Part shown: positions 10,116 through 20,025 of the stretch, piece by piece
Numbering within the stretch: the stretch's first letter is position 1
Layout: each line of letters starts with the position of its first letter
Assembly: GCA_009859145.1 (NCBI GenBank)
Contig: VRVR01000010.1
Location: forward strand, 1 to 64,000
Direction of reading: 5' to 3'
Source of the DNA: Andalucia godoyi And28
Lineage: Eukaryota > Protista > Jakobida
Length of the DNA: 64,000 nt
Notes under the pieces: generated by a model
Databases searched by the model: none
Seen by the model: only the letters and a program-made list of their open reading frames with translations
Told to the model about the DNA's origin: nothing
Position numbers and translations under genes: made by a program

Positions 10116-10379
10116 GATTGCGGGGTGACTGAAAAAATAGCCCCACTGCGCAGCACCAATTATATATAACACAAAAAGAGAGAAGAGAGGAGAAGAGAAG
10201 AGAAAATAGAACACCTGAATGGCGTTAGGAAACTTCAGTTTCCAGTTTCAGTGCACGCAATCTATGCACACTCCAACGCGCACGCACGCACGCACACAGC
10301 GGAGGCAATATGTATGTGTTTATAATATTTTTAAAAAGAAGAAACGTTCGAGCCAACAACGGAAAGAAGAAAATAAAAG

Positions 10380-10457
10380 AAAAAGAAGGAAAGAAGGAAA
10401 GAAGGGGAGAAGGGGAGAAGGGAGGAGAGAGAGAGAGGGGAGAAGGGGAGAAGGGAG

Positions 10458-10489
<32 letters not shown>

Positions 10490-10508
10490 GAGAGGAGAGG
10501 AGAGGAGG

Positions 10509-10547
<39 letters not shown>

Positions 10548-10570
10548 GGAAAAGAAAAGAAAAGAAAAGA
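10380..10570. repeat. Purine-rich (AG/GGAGA) low-complexity tract
   Basis: Read directly. Confidence 0.9.
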
Positions 10571-10767
10571 GGAAGAACAACAACGGAAATGCGGAAGACT
10601 CCATGGTTTCAGACCCCTTTCAATGCGCTGCTCTTTTCCGATCGACTGTGGTCGACGTCAGCTTTATGCATTCGATCTTGTCTTGTTGTGAAAGCTTCAC
10701 AAGCAACAAGAAGCATTTGTCTGTTTCATTCTTATTCTTCAATATAAAAGACACGAGAAAAAAGGAA

Positions 10768-10823
10768 GAAACAAGAAGAAGAAAGAAGAAGAAGAAGAAG
10801 AAGAAGAAGAAGAAAGAAGAAGA
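10768..10823. repeat. (GAA)n microsatellite immediately upstream of the Mic19-like ATG
   Basis: Read directly. Confidence 0.9.
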
Positions 10824-11318
10824 ATGGGAAATGCACAGACTCGCTCGACATCGGTTCCAATCACCGTGTCTGAAGCTCCGGTAGATCTTTCGAAAGGCCA
10901 CTTTTCCGTTCGTGTGTCCGAGGAACTGTTTGGCACGGATGCGCCCGGGTCCCACATCCCACCCTCTGAAAAGGCACTTTTAGAAGAGGGATTCAAGCTG
11001 GGCGTGAATGCCATGCAGTCTTGGAAGCTTCGAGAAATGGACAAATTGAGCTTGTTTGCGGAGCGGCAGCGAGCCAGCTTGCAAAAGGAGCTTGAAGACT
11101 CTCGCGTGACTTCCACTTCCGAAAGACTTGATTCGTTGGAGCGAGCTCATCGCCGATCGCTGAGGAAAAAGGACGAGCAGTGTGAAGTCGAGAGACAGGA
11201 TGTGCTTGCGTGCTATCGTATGAATGGCATCGATGACCCTCTCAAGTGCACCAAGGCTGTTGAAGACTTGAAGACGTGTGCCGATCGTGCACGACATGCC
11301 TTTGTAGAGTCGTCATGA
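10824..11318 (+). CDS. MIC19: MICOS subunit Mic19/CHCHD3-like
   Basis: N-myristoylation-type start MGNAQT, central coiled coil, C-terminal twin CX9C (CEVERQDVLAC...CTKAVEDLKTC). Confidence 0.78.
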   Translation: MGNAQTRSTSVPITVSEAPVDLSKGHFSVRVSEELFGTDAPGSHIPPSEKALLEEGFKLGVNAMQSWKLREMDKLSLFAERQRASLQKELEDSRVTSTSERLDSLERAHRRSLRKKDEQCEVERQDVLACYRMNGIDDPLKCTKAVEDLKTCADRARHAFVESS

Positions 11319-11742
11319 GTCAGAATGGCTGTCAAATGCTCTGTGTTTAACTTTCCCTTGCACATGTTTCCCCTTTCCCCTTTTCCTTTCCTCCCCGTAA
11401 ACTGTCCTTTTTTCCCATTGCGTTCTGAAGATCACGTACGCTGCCGGCATCGCTGTCGCGCTAGAGAATGGTGCATTACAGAGAAGCTGGTTCTGGTTGG
11501 AGGACGTCGCGTTCCCTCTCCTTTTTTTCCCTCTCCTTTTTTCCCTCTCCTTTTGTTTTTGCCACTTATTTTTTTCTAATTGTTCTTTTTCTTCTTTTTT
11601 ATTTTAATTTAAATTTTTGGTTGGTGTTGTGGTTGTTGGTGCAGCAAGGGAGAGGGTGAACAAACCACGTCTTCTTCTTCAGTTTTCTCGCTTGTTTGAT
11701 ATTCCCCCTTTGGGCGACCCGTTTTAGCTCCTGTGAGGGCGA

Positions 11743-12228
11743 ATGCTGCAGATTCTTACAAAGGGGAAACGAAATTTATGGAAGCCTCCGTTGTTTCCAT
11801 TCAGGCTTTCCGCGTTTCTTGATCAATGCAAGCGTGCAACTGCCGCGTGCAATGTTCCGGACGGATTCAAAGTGACGTTTGGGTTGTGCAGCCCGCGCGT
11901 CATGTTGGAGTACAATTCAAAATACAGGCATCGGTACAAACCGACTGACATTCTGTCGTTTCCTACCAGAGAACTGTACAGTGATGAAGACGGCCATGTC
12001 TCGGAGTTTTTGCAGGACGACCTTGGCACTGTGTTCCTCTGTCTGCCCTACGTCGAGAAGCAGCTGCGCATGCAAGAGGACCTGCACGATCGTGTCGACA
12101 AGCTGTTGATTCACGGCGTTCTGCATTTGAAGGGGTTTGACCACGAAAAGGACGACGACTGGAAAATCATGTCCGCAGAGGAAGAGAGAGCACTCGCACG
12201 ATTTTATGAAATACGCGGCGAACCTTAA
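11743..12228 (+). CDS. ybeY: Endoribonuclease YbeY (rRNA maturation, probably mitochondrial)
   Basis: NSKYRHRYKPTDILSFP, LGTVFLC, zinc motif IHGVLHLKGFDH, M...EE. Confidence 0.92.
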   Translation: MLQILTKGKRNLWKPPLFPFRLSAFLDQCKRATAACNVPDGFKVTFGLCSPRVMLEYNSKYRHRYKPTDILSFPTRELYSDEDGHVSEFLQDDLGTVFLCLPYVEKQLRMQEDLHDRVDKLLIHGVLHLKGFDHEKDDDWKIMSAEEERALARFYEIRGEP

Positions 12229-13964
12229 ATGCGATACAACGGAGTAATTCCCAGCAAGTAGAATGCCTTTCGGAGCGTCATGGCGGTCAGCTCGCAAAGC
12301 AGCAAGCGGCTGTCCTGCTTCTCGGAACCGACGATATGGCAATCCCGATAGAACGCGCTGAACTTGGTGGCGAGGCCATAGGCATACTCGCAAATCTTAT
12401 GAGGCATCAAGAGCTCCGCAGCTTCCAGAGTGGTGTCGCCGAATCGTAAAATATCCAAAGCAAGATCGACTTCTGAATCGTGTTCGAGATCGATGAGCGT
12501 CACCGCTTTCATTGCCTCAGTGTCCACCCCGGCCTTTCTCGCAACAGAAGAGATGCGTGCGTGCGCATACTCCAGGTACACCGCAGTGTTGCCCTTAAGA
12601 TCCAACATGCGATCGTACGAAAACATGTAGTCTGTAAGGCGGTTCGATTTCAAATCTGCGTATCTCACAGCCCCGTGTCCAATGATGCTGGCCATCTCAG
12701 ACAACTCCTGCTCAGACAAGCCAAGTTTGCTGTCGCCCTCCTCACGGGATTCCAGCTGCTTCTTCGCTCGCTCAACAGCCTCATCGAGGAGGTCGACAAG
12801 CCGGACAACGTCTCCGGAGCGAGTCTTCAGTCTCTTTCCATCTTCGCCAAGAACAACACCGAATCCAACGTGATCCACGCGGATCTTGTCCGTAATCCAG
12901 CCTGCAGCCTTTGCTGCATCAAAAACAAGCTCGAAATGCTCCCCCTGTCCAGAGTCCACGACGTAGATGATCCAATCCGCCTTTTGCTGGAAAATGCGGT
13001 ACCATATCGCAGTCATGTCCGTAGAGTCGTATGTGTAGCCACCGTCGGACTTGCGCACAATAAGAGGATAGCTCTTGATGGGACGGAAAATGCACTTGGC
13101 ACCTTGGTCATCCTGAACGAGGCCTTGATCCTCGAGAATTTTCAGAACGTTTGGAATATGCGGATTGTAGAACGATTCTCCCATTTCATCCAGCTTCACA
13201 TCAAGACGATTGTAGATCTTTTCAAACTCCATGCGCGAAATGTCGCAGATCATTTTCCAGGCCGTAAGGTTATTCTTGTCTCCGGACTGCAGAGCAACAA
13301 CTTCACCATGGGCACGGCCCTTGAATTCTTCGTCCTTGTCGAAGCGAGTCTTCGCTGCACGGTAGAATGCCTGCAAATCGGCAATTTTCGGCGGATTTTC
13401 AAGGAAATCTGGAAACTCTTCCTTGAGATAAGCAATCAACATTCCGAACTGCGTGCCCCAGTCTCCGACGTGGTTAATCCGGAGAACGTCATGCCCGAGA
13501 AACTCCAGCATGCGGCACAAAGACTCGCCGATAATCGTGGATCTCAAATGCCCAACATGCATTTCCTTTGCAATGTTCGGCGAAGAAAAGTCAATCACAA
13601 CTTTTCGCTTTGGAACCTCGGGAGGCTGGATGCCGGATTTTAGGACGTCGTTCAACCTTGCAGAAGTAAACTTCTTTGACAAGAACACGTTGATGAATCC
13701 GCTCTTGATGACTTCGACTTTCTCAAAAATGGCAGTGTCGAGGTTATCGGCAATCACTTGTGCAGTCGCCTGCGGTGATGCGGGTGCGCCCTCAACGCCT
13801 TTCAGCTGGCGGAAAATCTGCATTGCGCTGTTGCACTGGTAATGGCCAAAACGCGCGCTGCTGCACGGCGTAACAGCCGCTGCATAGTTCTGCGAAGGAA
13901 ACGCCTTTCCAATTGCGTTGGAAAACGCCGTTGCGACAACGGAGCCAATCGACGTTCGGGACAT
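12225..13964 (-). CDS. RARS1: Arginyl-tRNA synthetase (cytosolic type)
   Basis: FSSPNIAKEMHVGHLRSTIIG (HIGH motif), NHVGDWGTQFGMLI, KSDGGYTYD, LKTRSG, GNTAVYLEYAHARI. First ATG at 13964; the track start at 14057 is TTG. Confidence 0.97.
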   Translation of the reverse strand: MSRTSIGSVVATAFSNAIGKAFPSQNYAAAVTPCSSARFGHYQCNSAMQIFRQLKGVEGAPASPQATAQVIADNLDTAIFEKVEVIKSGFINVFLSKKFTSARLNDVLKSGIQPPEVPKRKVVIDFSSPNIAKEMHVGHLRSTIIGESLCRMLEFLGHDVLRINHVGDWGTQFGMLIAYLKEEFPDFLENPPKIADLQAFYRAAKTRFDKDEEFKGRAHGEVVALQSGDKNNLTAWKMICDISRMEFEKIYNRLDVKLDEMGESFYNPHIPNVLKILEDQGLVQDDQGAKCIFRPIKSYPLIVRKSDGGYTYDSTDMTAIWYRIFQQKADWIIYVVDSGQGEHFELVFDAAKAAGWITDKIRVDHVGFGVVLGEDGKRLKTRSGDVVRLVDLLDEAVERAKKQLESREEGDSKLGLSEQELSEMASIIGHGAVRYADLKSNRLTDYMFSYDRMLDLKGNTAVYLEYAHARISSVARKAGVDTEAMKAVTLIDLEHDSEVDLALDILRFGDTTLEAAELLMPHKICEYAYGLATKFSAFYRDCHIVGSEKQDSRLLLCELTAMTLRKAFYLLGITPLYRI

Positions 13965-14361
13965 TGGCGAGAATATAGGAATGATTCGGCACAGAGCGAG
14001 AGAGAAAGAGAGGAAACAACGAGGAGAACAACGAACGACTTGGTAGATTGTTCCCAAGAAGAATCCGCGATTTTCCGAAATCCAGGCGAATGAATCGATG
14101 TGAAGATCGTCAATGACAGCAGACTCATCTGGAGCAGGTGTGTCACAGGCTCGCTGACATTCGCAGAACCAAGAAGAAGCAGTTTAATGCTTTCTTTTTT
14201 AATTTAAATCTAGTTTTTTTTTTTGTTTTTTTTTTGCTTTTGCTTTTGCTTTTGCTTTTGCTTTTGTTTTGTTTGTTTGTGTATTTCGTTTCCTTTCCAA
14301 GAAGACTGCGTTGCTAGCTTGTTTGCTTCTTTTTCTGTACAGGCTGCCCACTGCATTGTAA

Positions 14362-15230
14362 ATGTCCATTGTCCACGATAACACTGCTTCGAGCGTCCGT
14401 CATCCGTTTATCATCGGTGTTGCAGGTGGCACTGCTTCTGGAAAGACAACCGGTATGTGACTTTGTTGATTGGCTGATTGATCTCGTTCTTTGCTGCTAT
14501 TTTGCCCTCCTCCTCCTCCTCCTCCTCCTCTTCGTGTGTACTTGCGTGTTCTCTGACTGTTTAAAATGCCGCGTCGCGCTTCTGCTGATTAGTCTGTCGC
14601 AAAATTGAGCAGCAACTCGGAGCAAAGAGAGTCGTCATGTTGTCGATGGATTCATTCTACCGCAACTTGACGGAGGAGGAAAAGGCGAATGTCGTGTCGC
14701 ATGATTTTGACCACCCAAATGCTTTCGAGTTTGACTTGCTTGTGCAAACTCTTCGCTGTTTGAGTCGTGGCGAGTCTGTGGATATTCCGGTCTACAATTT
14801 CGTGATGCATGCTCGGGAACAGGACAAGAAGATCCGTATTGAGGCAGGCTCTGCGGATGTTGTCGTCGTGGAAGGCATTCTCACGTTCTTCAGCGAAGAG
14901 CTCCGAAACTGCTTTGACATGAAGATCTATGTCCACACAGATGCCGATGAGCGATTGATTCGCAGAATTCGGCGGGACATCGCTGAACGTGGCCGCTCGC
15001 TGGAGTCTGTTCTTCATCAGTACGAAAAGTTCGTCAAGCCGGCTTTCGACGAATTCATTGAACCCTCCAGAAAGTATGCAGATTTGATCATCCCTCGTGG
15101 CGGAACGAACACCGTCGCAATCAATCTTATTCTTGAGCACATTAACAGGAAGCTGCAGGACGCCCAGCTGCGAAATGGGGATGCCAAACGGTGTGATCAG
15201 TGTGGAAATATCGTTGACAGTGATGCGTAG
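14362..15230 (+). CDS. UCK: Uridine-cytidine kinase, join(14362..14452,14593..15230), 242 aa
   Basis: Splicing out the GTATGT...CTGATTAG intron (14453..14592) restores the P-loop IGVAGGTASGKTTVC; also DSFY, FDHP.AF, EGIL, RRIRRDIAERGR, KPAFDEFIEP. Confidence 0.95.
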
Positions 15231-15696
15231 GCAACATCCTTTGTCGCTGATGTATGTGCTGCAACGCCCTTGCAAGAATTGGTCGACTGCGTTCGTCTCG
15301 TTTGTGTTTTTTTGCGCCGCGTTGTGTGTTCCTTGTGTCCACAAATGTTGATATGCCGTCGCCGTTTGCCGTCTCGCTTGAGATTGGACTGTGTAAAGAA
15401 ATGAATACTTTCCTTGTTGCCGTCCTACCCAAGATTTCTTGGAAGTACACCCTCCAAAGGCATTCTTTGCTGACGTGAATTATAGTTGCTATTTACAATA
15501 ATAAATAAGAAAAGATAGCTACGGCAGAAAGAGGTAGGCGACAGCGAACAGCGTGTTGAGCTGCAGATTGTGTTACCGGTATTATTTTTGCAGGTACTGT
15601 AACCGCTGTAGCCGTGGTATTTAAAAAGAGTGGTTTGGCGTTAAGTGTACGCTGTCCGAGGTGGTGTTTCTTCGCAGGACGCAAAGGTCGAACGCT

Positions 15697-15829
15697 GTAT
15701 GTGCTGTTCGTCTGTGCGACATTGGGCTCTTCTTTTCTTTTTTATCATTATTTCTTCTTTTTTATTATTATTATACATATATCTTCTGTGTGCAAGAGGG
15801 TCGTTGTTTTCTTTTGTCAACATTCACAG
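15697..15829 (+). other. Predicted 5'-UTR intron ending directly before the ATP synthase delta ATG
   Basis: GTATGT at 15697; CACAG at 15825-15829 abuts ATG 15830; 133 nt; pyrimidine-rich. Confidence 0.65.
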
Positions 15830-16312
15830 ATGTTTTCGCGTGTTCGCCCCTTCCTTCGTGCCGCCGAAGCAGCCACAGAAGCCGTCGGTACTGCCAACAA
15901 GCTTACCCTCAACTTCATGCTTCCCCACGAACCGGTTCTTCCGCTGAAGTCCAAGGTCGAGCTTGTGACGATCCCCGGAACTTCTGGAGTGTTTGGAGTT
16001 ATGCCGAACCACGTCCCAACGATTGCCCAGCTCAAGCCGGGTGTTGTGACCGTCCAGTTTTCTGCAGACAAGACCGAGGATTACTTTGTCTCGGGAGGCT
16101 TTGCGTGGATCCGCCCGGACTCCTCTCTTGACATCACAGCAGGAGAGGCAGTCAAGCTTGCAGATGTTGATGTGGAAGCCGTCAAGAAGGGACTCACCCA
16201 GGCCCAACAAGAAACGACCTCTGCACAGAGTGATGTTGACAAGGCCCGCGCCCAGATCCACGTCGAGGTCTACGAGGCTCTTGCCGCTGCACTGAACATT
16301 CCGCGTGCTTGA
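15830..16312 (+). CDS. ATP16: Mitochondrial F1-ATP synthase delta subunit
   Basis: Presequence MFSRVRPFLR; VTIPGTSGVFGVMPNHVPTIAQLKPGVV, YFVSGGFA. Confidence 0.95.
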   Translation: MFSRVRPFLRAAEAATEAVGTANKLTLNFMLPHEPVLPLKSKVELVTIPGTSGVFGVMPNHVPTIAQLKPGVVTVQFSADKTEDYFVSGGFAWIRPDSSLDITAGEAVKLADVDVEAVKKGLTQAQQETTSAQSDVDKARAQIHVEVYEALAAALNIPRA

Positions 16313-16392
16313 ATCCACCCGCTTGTGTTTTCTTTTTTCCTTTCTCCTCGAGTTTGCGTGTTTTTCCACCACGTTAAATTCTCTTCAATATC

Positions 16393-16395
<3 letters not shown>

Positions 16396-16468
<73 letters not shown>
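16396..16468. repeat. (CT)n microsatellite
   Basis: Read directly. Confidence 0.97.
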
Positions 16469-16470
<2 letters not shown>

Positions 16471-16572
16471 TTAGGGAAATATGATTTAAAACTTTGTATA
16501 TTTTACATGGCTCAACGTAGACAGGCAAGGACATTATTTCACAGGCGTCGTCGATCAAAAAATTAATGGCAA

Positions 16573-17011
16573 TCACGTATAGTACAGTTCCAGCGCAGTA
16601 CCATCATGGATCTCATCTACAACACCAGTACGACCATCTCAACAGATCAGTATGTTTGGGAGACAAGGGAAGAGAGACCAGAATGCTTCTCGCGGGAGGA
16701 AAGAAACTGACACGACGACATACAGTCTTCCAGCGCTACAGGATCCTTGAGAATCGAGCTGCCCTTTTGCAGACGCAATCGGTCCGCTCGTGAACCAATC
16801 ATGACTGCAAGAACGCGTTTCAGATCATCAACACTGTCGTCAGGACTTTGGCCATCGCAAAAACAAAACAAAAAAACAAAAAAAGAGAATTAGAAGAAAA
16901 AAACGGCGGGGATGAGTATTTCTTCAAACATCGTTCTTCTTTGGGAACAACATACTTGCACTTGACACGAATTTTCTTGCCGAACCGGTCGTTCACCAGC
17001 ACTTCTAGCAT
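16573..17011 (-). CDS. UBL5: Ubiquitin-like protein 5 / Hub1, complement(join(16573..16616,16724..16845,16956..17011)), 73 aa
   Basis: Two GTATGT..AG introns (110 and 107 nt) join to give [28 protein letters not shown]...EDYEIHDGTALELYYT, the canonical length with the C-terminal YY. Confidence 0.95.
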
Positions 17012-17200
17012 CCTCTCTGTCGGGATACAAAAGAGACAGAGAGAGAGAATAAAACCAGCGGGTTTGGTGCAATGCGAGGCCCTGAGAACGGACACAGAAG
17101 GGAGAAAAAAGAGGGGACACTTTTGCCCGTCAAAGAGGGGAAAAAGAGACCGTACATTACAACAGCAAAACCAGCAGGGCGTCGAGGTGGAGCGCTCCGA

Positions 17201-18499
17201 TCACATCATATAGTTCACGGCTGCATTCTGGATGCGCTCGAAAGCGTCCTCGAATGCACGGGGCTCAAGTCCGTATTGCTGGTACCAATGAAGATATGCC
17301 TTTGAATCAAACGTCTTGCGAGCACGGCAGGCGACGTCCATCATCCACCAAACAATGGAAGATCGATTGGAACACACCGTCACCGATGCGGGAACATCGA
17401 GGCTCTTGAACGCTGGCGCCCTTGAAATCTTCCAGTCAAAGGGATGCGGGTTAAAGAAGGGGCTCACGGGTTTGTAGGCTTCGCGGAGGATGGTCTCGCA
17501 CTTTGGCTGGTAGTCGATGAAAAATCGGCTGTTCGAGTCCCCGCGAACAACCACGGACGTCGCAAGAGACTGGATAGGACGATTGCATCCGTCAAACTTG
17601 GGCGACAAATTGATAAGCTGTCTAGAGAGATAGTCAAACGAGTGCAGCTTCTCCTTGGACCGCAGAAACGGCGCCGTGGTGGTGTGGAGAAATTTTCGCG
17701 AACGATCCGGACACAGCGTTGAGATCAAATCCCATGCAGCAAATGACGACGTTGTTCCTGCAGCACTGGTCAGTGGAAAAAGAAGGCCCGCCAATGACGC
17801 TGCAATGTGGGTATTGACGTCCTCCATCGAGAGTCGAACGTAGGAACCTTTGAAGGATACCGGCAGCCGCTCTGTCTTGAGATCTTTGGACAGCAGCCTC
17901 ATGAGCTCGTCGTTGGAAAAGAGAAAGACTGCGTCCGCAACATCCTGCAACACGTCAACGGTTAATGCTGCGTTGTAATTTTGCAGTGGAATTTCGCCGG
18001 AAGAAAACGGAGCCACAGAGGCCGTCATTAAGAAGTCGTCCGGGAACTCGTCACGAAGCTCAACAAGCAAACGGGACCCAAATCCAGATCCGGTTCCGCC
18101 GCTCAGGCTGTGAAACACCAGTGCGCTTCGATTATAATCCAATCGCTCCCATTCCTGGCGGACAACATTGATTGCGGATTCCAGAAACACAGTCTTGGTC
18201 TCTCCGAGTCGAATGGGCTCCCACGCATGCACGCTTCGTTTGGGTCCATAAAACCCCATTGCCCAGTTGTTCCCTCTTCCGCTTGCATCCCATATCACAT
18301 TTTTCGGTCTCAAGATCTTCCGAAAGGACTCGTCGGCGGCAGCGATTACCTTTGGCTCCGTATCAATGCAGACACACTTTGCAAAGTCATCGGCGTGATA
18401 AAACTCGCCCATTGCACTCGACCTCTCGGCATTGATGAGCTCCCAGAACCGCGATCCCACTTGATTACCGCACTGGCCTATGAGAATCGTCAGCACCAT
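17201..18499 (-). CDS. Divergent centriolar tubulin, most like zeta (cryptic) tubulin; delta not excluded
   Basis: IGQCGNQVG, IDTEPKVI, GRGNNWAMG, HSLSGGTGSGFGSRL, VAPFSSGEIPLQNYN, AYLHWY; no acidic tail. Confidence 0.8.
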   Translation of the reverse strand: MVLTILIGQCGNQVGSRFWELINAERSSAMGEFYHADDFAKCVCIDTEPKVIAAADESFRKILRPKNVIWDASGRGNNWAMGFYGPKRSVHAWEPIRLGETKTVFLESAINVVRQEWERLDYNRSALVFHSLSGGTGSGFGSRLLVELRDEFPDDFLMTASVAPFSSGEIPLQNYNAALTVDVLQDVADAVFLFSNDELMRLLSKDLKTERLPVSFKGSYVRLSMEDVNTHIAASLAGLLFPLTSAAGTTSSFAAWDLISTLCPDRSRKFLHTTTAPFLRSKEKLHSFDYLSRQLINLSPKFDGCNRPIQSLATSVVVRGDSNSRFFIDYQPKCETILREAYKPVSPFFNPHPFDWKISRAPAFKSLDVPASVTVCSNRSSIVWWMMDVACRARKTFDSKAYLHWYQQYGLEPRAFEDAFERIQNAAVNYMM

Positions 18500-18965
18500 T
18501 TGTGCTCGCGTCTAGTCACGAGAGGGAGCGATCCGCGGGAGTGGCTCTCTCGATTGTCTCGAAACCAACAAAAAGGCTGCGGAGAAAAAGAGCTCGCAGC
18601 AGACCCAAAAAATGAAATTAAAAAAAAAACAAAAGAAAGCAACTACTGACTGTAATAAAAAGACAAAACCCAAAAAATCCTCGGTCAAATACCACATATT
18701 TGGATGGGGGAAAGACTTGAACAGAAGAGGAGCATAAAATGGAGGACTATTTGGCCTTTTGACTTTTGGGACTGCTTTTTGTCTTCCTTCTAATCTTTTC
18801 TTTTGGGAGCTTTCCTTTTTTTTTTTGCCTCGTTTCCAGTCTGGGTCGTCTTGTTGTTGTTTGTTGTTTTGTCTTTTTGGTTTCTCTGGTTGTTGAAATT
18901 TTTTCCCTCCGCAGAGTCTCTTGCAAGAAAGCGAAAGCGGAAAAAAAGGAACTGGGTGGTGAGAA

Positions 18966-19850
18966 ATGTCGAATTACCGCATCCCGCAGAATATGATGCC
19001 TCAGATGCCAAATGTCCGTTTTGGTCGAGGAGCACTCGCGCTGCTTGGACTGGGAGCGCTTGGAATTTTGGGAACGCAGTGCCTGTTCAACGTCGAAGGA
19101 GGCCACAAGGCAATCATGTTCAACCGAATTGGAGGACTGAGCGGAAGAGTGTATGAAGAGGGAACGCACTTGAAGATTCCTTGGTTCCAACGCGAAATCA
19201 TATACGATGTGCGTTCCAGACCGGTCAACATCAATTCGCTGACGGGGTCCAAGGATCTCCAAATGGTCACGATCTCGCTCCGTGTCCTTCACAAGCCCGA
19301 TCCGTCGGCGCTAACGGAAATGTACCGGACCCTTGGAGTGGACTACGACGAAAGAGTGCTTCCCTCCATCGGTAACGAGGTTCTCAAAGCCGTGGTTGCA
19401 AAGTACAATGCATCGGAGCTGTTGACCAAGCGAGAACAGGTTTCAAAGGACATCCGAAACATCCTCATGGACAGAGCTCGCGACTTCCATCTGCTGCTTG
19501 ACGATGTGTCTGTCACGCACTTGGCGTTCGGTACAGAGTACACGGCTGCCGTGGAAGCAAAGCAGGTTGCCCAACAGGAGGCAGAGCGTGCGAGATATAT
19601 TGTCGAGAAGGCAATTCAGGATAGAAGTGCGACCATCATCCGTGCCGAAGGAGAAGCAGAATCTGCAGCGATGATTGGGAAAGCGATGAAAGACAACCCG
19701 GGATTCCTCGAGCTACGTCGATTGGAGGCAGCGCGCGAAGTTGCGCACACGGTTGCCAAATCACCGAACAAGGTGTACCTGGACTCCAACTCGTTGATGA
19801 TGAATGTGTTCGACTCGCTTGTCGACCAAAAGGAGGCGAAGAAGAAGTGA
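18966..19850 (+). CDS. PHB2: Prohibitin-2
   Basis: FNVEGGHKAIMFNRIGG, GSKDLQMV.I.LRVL, DYDERVLPSI, YTAAVEAKQVAQQEAERA. Confidence 0.96.
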   Translation: MSNYRIPQNMMPQMPNVRFGRGALALLGLGALGILGTQCLFNVEGGHKAIMFNRIGGLSGRVYEEGTHLKIPWFQREIIYDVRSRPVNINSLTGSKDLQMVTISLRVLHKPDPSALTEMYRTLGVDYDERVLPSIGNEVLKAVVAKYNASELLTKREQVSKDIRNILMDRARDFHLLLDDVSVTHLAFGTEYTAAVEAKQVAQQEAERARYIVEKAIQDRSATIIRAEGEAESAAMIGKAMKDNPGFLELRRLEAAREVAHTVAKSPNKVYLDSNSLMMNVFDSLVDQKEAKKK

Positions 19851-20025
19851 AGGAGAAAGACGCCATCAGTATTGTCCTCGTCGTACATTGGATATTTTTA
19901 ATTAATAAAGTAAAAAAAATTTAAAAAATGACAATACGTAATGAAAGAAGGAAAGAAGGAAAGAGGGGGGGAGTTGGTGGGCATGTCTGACGTGCGTGTT
20001 GTTTTCTTACCCTGTCTAACTTGTT

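Noticed and set aside
10219-10884. Low-complexity ORFs (ERER, KKKK, HTHT, CVCV, SLSL) here and at 27077, 32528, 53605 and 62738
   Set aside because: Translations of microsatellites in intergenic DNA.
11478-11486. U6 snRNA ACAGAGAAG box
   Set aside because: The flanking U6 sequence (ATTAGCATGGCCC etc.) is absent.
13965-14057. N-terminal extensions in the ORF track (ArgRS, HAT1, MCM2, PPP4R4, SMG7, SNW1, ATP16)
   Set aside because: They mostly start at TTG/GTG and translate T-rich UTR or promoter DNA; starts were moved to the ATG at which recognisable protein sequence begins.
18966-19850. PHB2 as part of the PHB (polyhydroxybutyrate) system
   Set aside because: Name coincidence only; this is prohibitin.
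10824-19850. Functional clustering of mitochondrial genes (MIC19, ybeY, ATP16, PHB2), and of ciliary genes at 32808-36461
   Set aside because: Interspersed with unrelated genes; expected by chance in a compact genome.
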